From Mobula hypostoma (taxonomy: Eukaryota): a stretch of DNA of 64,000 nucleotides. Shown here piece by piece: positions 49,941 to 63,270 of the stretch. A program made the position numbers and the translations under genes. Position 1 is the stretch's first letter. Each line of letters starts with the position of its first letter. Under the pieces are notes generated by a model that saw nothing but the letters and a program-made list of their open reading frames with translations, had not been told where the DNA came from and did not search any database. The stretch is from contig NC_086118.1 in NCBI RefSeq assembly GCF_963921235.1, positions 29,142,001 to 29,206,000 on the forward strand. Direction: 5' to 3'.

Positions 49941-50139
49941 GTCAAGGTGATGTGCTGAATTGTAGTGGAAAATATTTAAAAGAATGCCAATGTATGGTAC
50001 AGTCTTTCTTGACACACATCTTCACTGAGATTGGCTTTGTTGTGAACCCATTAATCAGAATCATGGCATGCTTGCCATCGTGAAGGAAACATAAGACAGA
50101 GGAATGCAGCCAGACTTGAGGGTGCTGTACAGTCCCTCC

Positions 50140-50318
50140 AAGTTGATGGAGGCAAATGTCATTGGGTATATTTAAAGTGGGAGATGACAGGTTCTTGATT
50201 AGTAAGCGTGTCAAAGGTTACGGGAGAAGGCAGGATAATGGGTATGACAGTGATAATAAATCAGCAATGCTGGAATGGTGGATCAAACTTGATGGGCTGA
50301 ATGCATTATGGTCTTACG
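50140..50318 (+). mobile_element. CR1 3' end
   Basis: tggaggcaaatgtcattgggtatatttaaag..aggttcttgattagt..gatgggctgaatg..ttatggtctta. Confidence 0.8.
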
Positions 50319-51381
50319 TTGAAGTGAGATTGAGAAAGGCAGTGTATGATAGTGCTGCTCCATGCATTATTTTTTTTGAGATGCAAAAGATTAAATATTT
50401 GGGTGCAGTAGTGAAACTTCAGATTTCTATCATGCAAGTTCATATTTACAGATTGTGGATAGCAGTGTTTAAAGAGACTTGCAGGGCATCAAAACAGCCC
50501 ACAAGATTACTGATACCACAAAAATTAAATTAACTGAAAACACATTAAAAATACTTGCAGATCAATAAGCACAATAATGAAAAGCAATTTAAAAGAAAAT
50601 CACTTAACATCCTCAGTCTTGAGTCTGAAACTCCCCAAAAAAGTGAATGGGGATTCAAAGCCTATGTCAGATCGAACCTGATGAAGAATTGGTTTGGAGA
50701 TTCCCTGGCTTTGGAATCCCAGAAAGTGAAAGTATATTGATTCTCCCTTACGCATTAAATGCCTGAAATTCATTACAAAGAGAAATATCCATTAGTAAGT
50801 AAAATAATGGTACAAAGCTTCATTGACTGCTTTGTCTGTTTGCTTATTTTATCTCCAAGATCTTTCTGAAACAATGCAAGTAACAAGTCTAGTCACCTGA
50901 ACTTAATGGTCACAACAAGACTCTTTATTCAGTGATGTTATAGATAGGTTTATATCTTCCCCTTTATAAAAATAAAATATTGCTGTTTAACCAAAACAAA
51001 CATGATATTACCCAATGGATGCTACAAAAATACACAATCCTTCAATCATGCTTGTAGTTAACATGGTCCTGTAGTTAACTCTATGATCAGTGACTATGAT
51101 CTGTTCCACTCTTGGCATCTTAGTTATTGCTTCTTGCTTTGGTGCTTCTGGGCAATTTGGAGAACCACTGGACCTGCATTCAATCACTTCACAAAATTAG
51201 ATGATCCTTTATTTTGATCAGTGTACGATCGTCTTCTTCAGAGAATATCAAGATTGCAATAGGGTAATGACAAGAGGAAGGCTTTGCACTCATTAGTCTT
51301 CATGTTGGACTTGACCATATCCCTTCACTTAGTGCAATGTGCTAATTTAGCAAGAGGAATTTAGTGAGAAATCTTTCAACA

Positions 51382-51697
51382 GTCATAGAATCATAATGTC
51401 ATAGCACAGAAACAAGCCCTTCAGCTCCTCTAGTCCATGCTGAACCATTAATCTGTCTAGTTCCATCGATCTGCACTTGAACTGTAGCCTTCCATACCTC
51501 CTCACCCATGTATCTCTTTAAATTTCACTTAATAGTTGAAATAAACCCTCATCCACCACTTCCACTGGCAGCTTGTTCTAACTCTCACCATCCTCAGAGT
51601 GAAGAAGTTCCCCTTCATATTCCACTTAAACATTTCACCTTTCACCCTTAACCTATGACCTCTAGTTCTAGTCTCACCTAACCTCAGTGGAAAAAGA
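51382..51697 (-). mobile_element. CR1 3' end
   Basis: ORF 51529..51723 gives FPLRLGETRTRGHRLRVKG...GNFFTLR.V; homologous to 40125-40420. Confidence 0.85.
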
Positions 51698-53987
51698 ATT
51701 GACAGGATTCTCAGTTTTTCCATTTGGCTGTGATATCGATAGAGCTAATGCTGTCACACATTTAAAGCTCCATACCTTGATAACACTGCAAATTCCATTG
51801 ATATAAATTGTCCTCACTAACTGGGATTGTCAAGTATACTAAATTTAGTAAACATAAATTCAAGTTCCTTCAAAACACTGCTAGTGGGTCCTAGGCACAT
51901 TAATAATGTCATGCTACAGGAAGAGCAATGGCTATGAACTTCACAAAGATTGGCACTAACATCATCAATGTGAAACTTCCATACACTAAACAAAGGTATT
52001 CTGAAATGTATTAATTCATCTCAAATGCTATCTTAGGCTAAAAGAAACAGTTTCAGACTATGAGGTCTTAGAAAAACACCAGTTAAACTAATCACATCTT
52101 TTGGAGCTCTTTGTCTTTCCAGCATATTACTCTGCAAACTCTGCACATACATCACGAAAGTAAAGTCACTTTTAAAATAAGGTTAATTGAAAATGCATTA
52201 AAACAGTAATCAATAAAAGCAATAAACTAAATTAATAAGCAACTGACATCAGCTGTTTACACAACCCAGCTGGTACCTCATGTTGCATGTGAGATTACTT
52301 TGTAGGGATGAAGACATTCAGACATCTCTAACTTTGACCAGAGACTAATCTTCCTGAACAACAACATGTCATTGTTTCTGAACTGCATTGTCTCTGGTTG
52401 CACTATTAAGCTCTTTCTACCACTGCCATTGTGTATTGATTTTATTTTAAACATTAATTTATTTAGGTTTGCTATAAAGAGAACTCTGTTTTTTATTCAA
52501 AATAATCACATAATATTTCATGAGTATGAGCAAGTGTCTTGCACACTGTTTTTCACTTGCTTGCTTCACAGAGGCAGACCTGAGCAATTTCTGGCACAAA
52601 CCAAACCTCAATGATCACTGTAAGGGCATTTAGTGATGTCACAGATCTCTTTACGTAAGGGCTATTCCAATGGATTCCAGGGATGAAGGACATAAATTCT
52701 GGAATTACAGAAGGTCTGCACTAGTCCAAATATTGATGGCATGTGAATGGTTGTGTATTGCTGACTCCATATTGGCAGTAGAAAGAAAAGGATAAGAACT
52801 TAACCAGTATCTAAATATTTAAATACCCTAGCTCATCTCTCCTACCGATTCAATAAGAGCCTATTCATAGACATGAAATACTGTTTCTGCTAACTTTAAT
52901 GATGGAAAATATGGGGAAAATGAAAATATTACGTCTTTAAGAATTTCATGCTCATTTCATAATGTATTATAGAGCTACACACTGAATGAAGTATTTGTTT
53001 GAATTTTGAAATTTAAAGTTTAAAGCCACATGATTTTCTGTCAGCAACCTCACCAGTTACTTCCTTGCTAATCTAGTATATTAGCTACTGCAGATTTCTC
53101 AGATGCAACTTCTTTCTGAAGCCTTTCATGTCCTCAGCTCCTTTCAATCTATTTGTCTTTCCAGCATATTACTCTGTGTACTCTGGATACTACTGCAGGA
53201 AGAACCCATTAAAGTCATCTCAAAAATAAAGTTAATATGTGCTTGAGGCACATATCCCATTGTGTTGAATTCATTATAAGCCCCTGTACCAGCCCACAAA
53301 AGAGATGTATAATAATATCTGTAAAGCCTTGTCAGCAGACTAAGTCATGCATCTGATTTAGTCAGCTGTCAAATATGCACAAAAATATTGAATAACATTT
53401 CAACTGCATTCAACATGTAAAGAGAATCAAACTATTACAACTTTATTAAAATATTAATGTAAAACAAAATTTTAAAAATCACACATGTAGCACAAAAGAC
53501 TATTAATAAAAAAAATTCAAGATATATCAGTTAGTTAATATAACTGGTTCCTCACAGGTGAGCCTCTCCATTCCAATGAATGGTATTGCTGAATTTCCAT
53601 TGTGAATTGATGGGGAACTGTAGTTGCCACTCTGTCATTGATGTCCATTGGAAAGCCATTTACAGTAAAACTGTTTCTCTGACATACTTGGGACTTTGAT
53701 CATGTCAGACTAGATGATTTTCTAAACCAGAAGATTTTCTGGACTATTAGATGCCATTCTATTAATATTCACACTTTTAATTCACTTTATTTTGTTAAAA
53801 AAAAGTAGAATAACATATTTTTCAATGATCGCAGTCAGCTTAAAGACCTGGGGAGCAAGGCTCTGATAATTTTAAATGGAATGCAGTTAACACAGAACCA
53901 GGTGAGTTTAAAGGGAATGTGGTGAACAAAACCAAGTGGGTTTAAAGAGTAAAAGAGTGCCTGAGGACAGGATCCTGGCAAGCAGAT

Positions 53988-54277
53988 CAGAATCATAATC
54001 AGAACCAGTATCAAGTTTAATATCACCAGTATATGTTCTGAAATTTGTTAACTTAGAGACAGCAGTACATGATAATATAGAAAAAAACATAAATCAATTA
54101 CAGTAAGTATATATATATATGTTTATTAAATAGTTAAATTAAAAATAGTACAAAACAGAAATGATATTAAAAAGTGAGGTGGTGTTCATGAGTTAGTTCA
54201 ATGTCCATTTAGGAATTGGATGGCAGAGGGCAAGAACCTATTCCTGAATCACTGGATGTGTGCCCTTAGGCTTCTGT
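53988..54277 (-). mobile_element. Rex1/Babar 3' end
   Basis: cagaatcataatcagaaccag...tttaatatcacc is the reverse complement of the tail type at 38990-39057. Confidence 0.8.
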
Positions 54278-54366
54278 ATGGGGAGCACAACAAATATCAT
54301 TTGGTGAGCAGGCAGCTAAAAGATCAAGAGTTTGAAGAATTGGTTAGCAGATTATCGGAGGTTTAC

Positions 54367-57300
54367 AGTTATGTTTTGTAACTCCATAAATTAATCGAAT
54401 GAAAAACACAAGAGAGCTGGGGATAATTCGTGTACGTTTCATTTTTACATTAAGTGAGGCGCTGCTCTTGGCATCTTCTGGACATGTTGGCATCCTGAAC
54501 AGTGTTTGCAAGCTGCTCAATCTGCTGATCTATCCCAGCCCACCAGACAAAATATCAAGCCAATACTTTAATTTTAACCACGCCTAGATGACTGGCATGT
54601 AGCTCCCCCAAAACTTTTGCTCTCAGCTTGGATGGTACACCAACTTGCAATCCCCACATAAGGCAAACCTGTCAAGCGTAAGTTCATCTTGGTGCTGGTA
54701 AAAATGGGGGTACTAGGATTTCTGCTGCACATTCCAGCCATTTCGGGTGGCTTTGTAGACCAGAAACAGTGTGGGGATTTTCTGGTTTCCCTTTGGATCA
54801 TCTCTGATTTAATAGGGATACTTCCAATTTGCATTAGGGACAATACATCAAGAGGAATGTCCTCCTTTCTAAGTTTTTACAAGGGTATATGGCACAATCC
54901 ATCAGCATTTTCATGACCAGCTGTCCACTTGAATTCGATCTTGTAATTGTGTCCTCCAAGAAACAGAGCCCATCTCTGAATTTGTATTGTTGCTGTTAGT
55001 GGAATACCCTTCTGTGGATTCAAAATGGACACCAGTGGTTGACAGTCAGTAATGAGGGTAAACTCTCTCCCATACAAGTACTGGTTGAAATGTTTTACAC
55101 CCCAAACCACATTCAAAGCCTCTCCGTCAATCTTTGTGTAAATTTTCTCTGCAGCACTAAGGGAATGTGATGCAAAAGCAATGGGGTGTTCACTTGCATC
55201 ACACATGACATGTGACATGAAAGCACCTATATCATAAGGTGAGGTCTCGCAGACAAGCTTCACTGGACAATGTGGACCATAATATGTGACTGCAGTGTCT
55301 GACGTCACCATTTCATTTAAGTTCTTCAAATCCTCCTCGCACTGCTTTGTCCATTGCCATTTCTACCTGATCTGTAGTAATGATTTCAAGGGGTGGAGCA
55401 CAGTAGCCAGGTTTGGCAGGAGTCTGTTACAGTAATTGACAAATCCTGAAAAGGACCTCAAATGTGACACATCCATTGACTTTGGAGCATCCACCACTGC
55501 TTGAATTTTCTCAGCACATTTGTGTAAAATCTTGTGTATGTTTTAAAAACTCACACTTGTTGTGTTGTGCTCTGAGCCATAACTTTCTAATATTTTTAAC
55601 ATTGTGTTGAGATTTTGGAGGTGTTCTTTGTTATCCTTACCGGTAACATGAAGTGCCTGGGCAGCATTAGAGCACCAGGTCCATAGCAGGTGCAGACGCT
55701 TCTCCAAAATTAAGCTTATTAAAGCAATAAAATCCATTGTTAGTGTTTCCAGTGAGAAACATTTTGGACTCATCTTTCATCTTCACCTGTAGTTAGACCT
55801 CAACTAAGTCCACTTTGCTGAAGTGTTTTCCTTCAGAAATATTTGCAATGATATCCCCTATCCCAGGCAGAGAGTATTGGTCTACTTTCAGTACTGGGTT
55901 GATGTTGGCCTTAAAATCACCATGGATCCAGACAGACCCATCCTTCTTGGCTATTGGGACCACTAGCCCATTGCTCATATGCTCCAGTCAACCTTGGAAA
56001 GAATTCCTTCAGACTCCATGCGATCTAGCTACTGTATGGTATAAGGAAGCAGAACTTGGTTGTGAAACTTGGCTGTGGCATTTTCATTTAACACTATTTT
56101 ACCCTTGATAAGTTTGAGATTTCCAGTGCCATCCTTGAACGCTGCTGTGGCGTCATCCAGTACCTTTCTTAATTCATTTTCAGTTGACTCTGTTACAAGG
56201 GATGAGGCATGCAAATGGTGCATGGATCTCCATCTGATTGTAGATGTCTCAACCACTTACAGCTGCACAATGCTGGCCTTCCTGTTTTTACCATATACAA
56301 CCCCAATGTGGCTTGTGGTTGTTGCATTTCACTGCTATGAATGTCACTTACACAGAAATTATCTTTTATTCAGTTTAAGTTCTTAGTTGAATATCTGCAG
56401 CTTCATTTCAGTATCTTTGAAATGCCTCTCAAACTCATTTTGTGGAATGAATGAAACAGCCAAGACAGGGTCCAATTCCACTTTAATTAGTTTGCATTTT
56501 TTTCTGTTGTAAGCCACATTGCTTGTCAATATTTAGTTTTCACATTGAAAATCTCAAAGCTACCAATTCTTGTGTCACTCTCGTTATTATTGGATTCTTC
56601 GTTAACAGCGTACAGATTAGTGCTCTTCTTGAAATTGCAACTTGGCTTTTTTTAAATCTTTTTCTCTATCCTGTGCAGTTCATTTACTTTTATCTACTTT
56701 TGTGTGCTCATGGTATGTGTCCTACATTGTTACATTTTCTGCACATTCTGTATTGGTCTGGTATACGTGAGCTCCTACTACAACAGTAACACAATTTGTT
56801 CAGACAGACAAGTTTCTGTTTAGACATTCCATTTCTATTCACAGTCACTGTCACTGTCATTCCTGACTGCAACTCAGTAGTGCCTCTAGTCATTGTTCCC
56901 ATTGATACAGAGATTTCAACTGTTCTTTTAAATGTAAATTACACTTTAGTTAGGTGCTGATTTTGAATGCTTTCTTGTAAGATTCCCCAATCTAAATGAT
57001 CTCACATTGTATCATTAAGCCCATCACTGAAATGATAATGCTCAGATAGTTTCTTCAATTCAGCCAGGTAAGCTGAAATGGATTCCCTTTCCTTTTGATT
57101 CAGCTTATGAAATGTAAAATGTTCTGCAATCAACAATGGTTTCAGTTCTAAATGTTCCTGTATTACTTTCATGATATTAGCAAAGCTCATTTCAGCTGGT
57201 TTAGATGAAGCAGTTAAACTTCTCACAAAGCTGTATGCTCTTCCACTAATTACACTGGGCAAAACTGGCACTCGTTTCTCATTAGATATTCCAATTGCTT

Positions 57301-57524
57301 TTAAATACTGCTCAGTTTGCTCAGTGCACATCGGCCTGTTATCTTCAGTATAATCGAATGCATCTTGATTTATTATTATCACTCAGTACTCACTGCTTAT
57401 GAACCCATGAATTTCATCCATTCTCTGCCTTTTTTCTACTCGACTGTCTTTCTCCTCTTATGAACAGAAAAAAAATGTGCTGCACTTCAATAGGTAGATA
57501 GTTGTCTCGGGTTTATTTTAAAAC
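54367..57524 (-). mobile_element. Gypsy (Ty3) LTR retrotransposon remnant: gag-PR-RT-RH-IN pseudogene
   Basis: gag (57002..57382), Zn knuckles CRKCNNVGHI, RT VVPIAKKDGSVWIHGDFK..INP.L..DQY.LP, RNase H (54877..55329) CETSPY.IGA...PIAFAS..L..AE..Y...FTLITD.QPL, and integrase HHCC region ~54480-54610; domain order is Gypsy-type. Confidence 0.92.
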
Positions 57525-57803
57525 TAAGGGTTAAAGGATGCATGAGGACAGGATCCTGGCATGCAGATGGGGAGCATAGCGAATATCATCGGGTGAGCAG
57601 GCAGCTAAACCATTAAGAGTTTGAAGAGTTAGATAGCAGATTATCAAAGGTTTACTGTATCAGGAATTTCAGGACTTACATATTATACTTGAGTGATACT
57701 TGACAAAATGCAGGAAAATCAGGCACTACTTTGATTTAAGGTGGAATTTTGGTTAACTGGGAGTGTAGAACCAAAACCAGCGTAAAGATTATGGTCCAAT
57801 CAG

Positions 57804-57872
57804 AAACAAGAGAGAATCTGCAGATGCTGGAAACCCAAGGAAATCTAATGCCTCTGGCATTTTGTGTGTGTT
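57804..57872. mobile_element. Collapsed Penelope palindrome (only the two outer ends remain)
   Basis: aaacaagagagaatctgcagatgctggaaa (tail end) joined to gcattttgtgtgtgtt (opposite pLTR end); gtaaagattRtgg at 57782 and 57873. Confidence 0.6.
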
Positions 57873-57989
57873 GTAAAGATTGTGGCATTTTTGTTGCACA
57901 TTTTGGCATGCATCTGCTTTGTGTATAACATTACACAACAATCCTTTCTCTTTCATTGCACCTTGTTTGATATATTTTCATAAGATGAA

Positions 57990-58320
57990 TGCATGGTGGC
58001 ACAGCAGTTAGTGCTGATGCATCATTGCTCCATGCACTTGGCTTTGTACCTGAGGTGTTCAGTAAGGGAGTTTTGGATGACTCCCATGACTGCATAGGGT
58101 TCAATGTTGTACTCTTGTTTCCTCTCAAAGAGTTGCTGGCAGTTTTACTGGCTACTGCAAATTATCCTTTAGTGTGAGTGGCAGTTGAATCAAAGGGGAG
58201 TTGATTGGGATGTGAGAGAAGAAGTTGCAGCTGCTGGAAAAATAAGGAGGGAGTGAATGGGACTGATGAAAATTGGCATGAACCTGATAGGCTGAATGGC
58301 CTACTTATGTGTTGTATGAC
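57990..58320 (+). mobile_element. Decayed V-SINE with a CR1-type tail
   Basis: ggtggcacagcagttagtgctg head; aaattatcctttagtgt; ends gataggctgaatggcctacttatgtgttgtatgac. Confidence 0.65.
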
Positions 58321-59883
58321 AGTGATGTAAAACTTTAAAAAAAATCACAGCCTGTATAACAAACCCAAACAATACAAATTTAGGGACAGATACCATTAGC
58401 ACTTACACATGTAAGCTTAATCAATGTTGTGGTATATTATTTTTCTCTTCTCCTTTTTGGAATACAGTATCAGCCTGACTAATTTTGCTTGACATTATCA
58501 GAGACATACAACATGGTAAGTATAGACTTTATCCTCATCATTTCCTCAGAGGTTGAATAATAGAATAGAATATTACTGATCTCTGAAATTGGTTTTACAT
58601 CATCCTCCTTATTTACATTAAATGCATTGAAATCAGCTTTTGCCATTATTGAATTAGTTGGGTAATTTATTTTTAGTCAGTTAATTTATGGGGTTTTAAT
58701 GCACACAATGATTGTTATTTATAAATTAAGCAACTAAGTCTTAAATTATGTGACATTACTTGACATAACGTGATAGCGTATAAAATTACGTAAATAGATT
58801 TTAGAAAAGTCAAATTAAAATGCTGTCACTGAATGATTCCCATGTCTAATTATCTGGTTGGAGTGATACAACAATATACCAAAATGCATATATGCACATG
58901 ATTCCTTATTACTGGGGTGATTATCCAACATGTCAAATTAAATCAATTTAATTTGACAGAAGATAATTCAATTGTAAATGCAACATATGGGGGAAGATGC
59001 ATATTAGCAGGGTAGTTGTATCCTGCTACAAGTAACATTATTTAACTGATACAGTTAAGTGGTAATGTTGAAATATTTAGATAAGTAGAGACATAAAGGT
59101 ACATTTCCCTCATTTGTTGAAGTTACGTTTTAATAAGAGTATAAAGTGTAAGAATCTTTCTTTGTAATCAAGCTGACATTTTCACTTATATTGAGAAATG
59201 AAGAAAACACTCACCAAGAATCATTGGTAGAATTGCCTTTGACAGTCGTATGAGTTAAGAAATCATAAATATATGTTCTGCCTGATCTGAATATGAATAT
59301 GAATTTATACACTTGAGATGAATATGATTTTTTTCAATTATTTCCTTATTTTGCCTTTTAATTCAAAAACTTTGTTCTATATTGTTTACCATTAATGATT
59401 AATTTTGGATGACAGGGTTTCACAATTACTTAGACAAAGCACTGCTACACTTATGAATAATTGAATGTACTCTCGATAGGTATATTGAAACTATTTTAAT
59501 ATATATTTTCTTTAATCAAAAGTAAAACTGTGTGACATAATTTAGCTTGTTTTCTTTAAGTGTTTGGTCTTTATTATACCTGTATGCTACCCAATTTCAG
59601 ATGCTTTGATAGGATATCTAAAAGTTTTGATGTCATTCTGCATTTACCATTTTCTAACATTAGGTAACCCTCTTGTTTGTACAGTATCTTTGTTTTGAAG
59701 AGTACTCAGGGTAAGGCATTGTATGTGGGGACCATGGCTTGAATGAAAAAAAATGAAGGTAAACAAGAAAAGATGTATTTTGACAGTTTGAATGAACTGC
59801 GGCAAATTAAAGAATCATCATATATACTAAATTCATTATAATGCAACATTCTATCTGTGAAATCGTCATTGTTATAAAGTGTA

Positions 59884-61487
59884 TGATGCCTATAAAAGGT
59901 ATCCACCCCCCCCCCGGAAGATTTTATATTTTATTGTTTTACAACATTGAATCACAGTGGATTTAATTTGGCTTTTTTGACACTGATCAACAGAAAAAGA
60001 CTCTTTTGTGTCAAGGTGAAAACAGATCTTTACTAAGTGATCTAAATTAATTACAATATAAAACACAAAATAATTGATTGCAAAAGTATTCACCCCCGTC
60101 AAATCAGTTTGTACTAGATGCGTCTTTGGCACAATTACAGCCTTGATTCTGTGTGGATAGGTCTCTATCAGCTTTGCAGATCTGGACACTGCAATTTTCC
60201 CCATTCTTCTGTACAAAACTGCTCAAGCTCTGTCAAATTGCATGGGGATCATGAATGAACAGCCCTTTTCAAGTCCAACCACAAAATTCTCAATTGGATT
60301 GAGGTCTGGACTCTGACTTGGGCACTGCAGGACATTAACTTTGCTGTTTTTAAGCCATTCCCTGTATAAATTTGGCTTTATGCTTGTAGTAATTCTTCTC
60401 CCAAGTCAGAGTTCTCTTGCAGACTGCATAAGGCTCTCCTCCAGGATTCCCCTGTATTTTGCTGCATTCATTTTACCCTCTACCTTCACAAGCCTTTCAG
60501 GGCCTGCTGCAGTGAATTAACCCCACAGCATGATGCAGCCACCACCATGCTTCACGGTAGGGATGGTGTGCTTTTGAAGATGTATGGAGTTTGGCTTATG
60601 CCAAACATAGTCTGATGGCCAAAAAGCTTGATTTTGGTTTTATCAGACCACAGAACCTTCTTCTAGCGGACTACAGTCTCCCACATGCCTTCTGGCAAAT
60701 GCTAGCTGAGGTTTCATGTGAGTTTTTTTTCAACAGCGGCTTTCTCTTTACCACTCTCACAAAAAGCTGCATCTGGTGAAGCACTCAGGCAACAGTTGTT
60801 GTATGCACAGTCTCTCCCATCTCAGCCACTAAAACTTGTAATTCCTCCAGAGTTGTCATAGGTCTCTTGGTGTCCTCCCTCACTAGCCCGCGCCCCCCCC
60901 CCCCACAGTCACTTAGTCTTTGAGGACGGCCTGCTTTAGGCAGATTTATAGCTGTGCCATATTCTTTCCACTTCTTGGTGATTGACTGAACTGTACTCCA
61001 AGAAATATTCAGTGACTTGGAAATATTCTTGTATCCATCTCCCGACTTGTGCTTTTCAATAATCTTTCACAGAGTTGCTTGGAGTGTTCTTTGTCTTCGT
61101 GATGTAGTTTTTGCCAGGGTACTGTCTCACCAGCAGTTAGACCTTACAGACACAGGTGTAATTTTACTACAGTCAATTGAAACACCCTGAGCATACACAG
61201 GTTTCCATTTAACGAATTATATGACCTCTAAAGACAATTGGCTACACCAGTGATGATTGGTGTGTCATATTAAAGGGAGTGAATATTTATGCAATCAATC
61301 ACTTTGTGTATTATATTGTAATTAATTTAGATCACTTTGCAGAGATCTGTTTTCACTTTGATACAAAAGAGCCTTTTTCTGTTGATCAGGTTCAAAAAAG
61401 CCAAATTAAATCCACTGTGATTCAGTGTTGTAGAACAATAAAACATGAAAACTTCCATGAGGGGCTGAATACTTCTTACAGGCACTG
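59884..61487 (-). mobile_element. Full-length (~1.6 kb) decayed Tc1 element with long IR/DR-type TIRs
   Basis: ~215-bp TIRs (59884-60097 / 61275-61487) with inner and outer aaaagtattcacccc-like repeats and TA flanks; reverse-strand transposase remnant EHSKQLCEKIIEKHKSGDGYKNISKSL...KWKEYGT..NLPKAGRP. Confidence 0.9.
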
Positions 61488-62959
61488 TACTTCACTGGAG
61501 AATAAATAATAACTTTTCCTGTGACCTAATTATCAACATACTCTGCATCAGTGGATTGAATGAGGTGTCTATGTTTGTTTATGATTTGTCTAAGTTAAGT
61601 GATCAATAACTAGGGCCAGCAATACTGAATGTTTTGAAAATGTTTGAAAAGCATCCATATTGCACACTTATTTTATTTCTTTCAATGACAAGCCAAATGA
61701 CTTCTGATTGAAAATAGTATTATACATTTCAGCAAATAAAATGCGATTTGCTGATTAGAGTTTATAAGAACACCTAATATACTGTCCCTAAGGGATTATG
61801 CATTCTACGTCATTAGCACTACACAGTAAAAAATAATTAAAGCTTGGTAATTTCTCCAAAATATTTTGCCATTGTACCCAATTCAAGAACCAAAAGGACA
61901 AGTAAATATCCCTGTCAACTATAACGAATAAAATATGTATTACTTTTCATTCACTGGATTTTCTAAAATATTTTATTGAGTTATTTGTCCAGACTGGTAT
62001 TGTGTGACAGCATTCCATTTACAGGCTGAAGGTACTGTACAAAATTAAATTCAGATCCTTTCTGTAAAACATATTCGCAAGTCTTATTGGTTCACAAACA
62101 TTTCCCCGGTTATTGTTTGCTACTTTATGATAACCAAACCTTCAGGTAATTAGATCACTCTTTTAAGAAGCAGTATAATGAGATGCTTGAATAAATTCAT
62201 GGAGAATTGCCCCTTATCTACTCCACAATTAAGTTATTTAAAAGCTCATATAATAAGTACGGTATATGTAATGAAAACTGGGAAAGAAAGCTTCCTCTCC
62301 ATGTGTGTATTTATGATTATGATATGTGCTTCTAATAGCCACTTCATAATAAATAAGTCCTACAATGACAAAGAAAGTGTCATGAATGGCAGCTACAAAC
62401 ACAAGTAATTGCATATCTTTATGGATGATTGTAATAGTCTCATACAGTGACAGCTAAAGAATATTGACATTTACTATCATGATAGTATTTCTTGGAATTA
62501 ATATGTCATTCCCATTCTATGTTTCATATACAAATTTCTTTATTTTTTGGTTTGTGTATTTATGGGGTTTCAGTTCAAATTTTAGCAATCAAGAACACTG
62601 CTGATCATAAAATAATAGGAGTTCAATCTACTAATTTGGGCTAAATTTTATTTTGTATATCTTGCAGTCCCTCAAGACATTGTGATGTCTGTTCTATTCG
62701 GCAGCATGAAAAACAACTTCTTGCCATTAAATATTTATTGATGAACTAATTGTGAAGCCAATTCAGAAAGTTGGTCCTACTCATATATATATGAAGATAA
62801 ATTAATATTATGTACACTGGCAATTGCTAAAAGCATAAAAAAGTTCCTCAAATATATATCAATAGTCCAATCCTCTGTGGAATATCGTCTAGTGGTGACA
62901 GCAAGAAGACAATCACTGGTTATTATAAATGAGACACAAGCAAGGTTGAAAAGTAAACT

Positions 62960-63270
62960 ATTAGAAGCACTCAACAGATCAAGCAGAATCTGTAGGGGAA
63001 ATGGACAGTCGAAGGTTTATTGCCTGAAAGCGTATGAGAGGAGATAGATAGAATAAAGAGGTGAAGGGGTGGGGATGGAGTAAGAGCTGGCAAGTGATAG
63101 GTGGATCCAGGAGGGGTGATTGGCATTTGGGGAAGGAAAGGTGGAAATAGTAATTGGGAGGTGATCAAGGAGGTATCAAAGAGCTGTAGATGATCGAATT
63201 AGACTGGAAAGGACAGTGAAGAATATAAGCAAATAGGGAGGTAGGGTGAGTATATTCCAGCATCTATAGT
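62960..63270 (-). mobile_element. Decayed Penelope pLTR/3' UTR
   Basis: gcactcaacagatcaagcagaatctg..cagtcga..ggatggagtaagagctggcaagtgataggt is homologous to 35670-35870. Confidence 0.6.

Noticed and set aside
57525..57657. The 130-bp direct repeat as the Gypsy LTR pair
   Set aside because: It has no TG...CA ends and no adjacent PBS or PPT, and a separate LTR-end-like segment lies inside it at ~54367-54460. It is kept as a host duplication finding.
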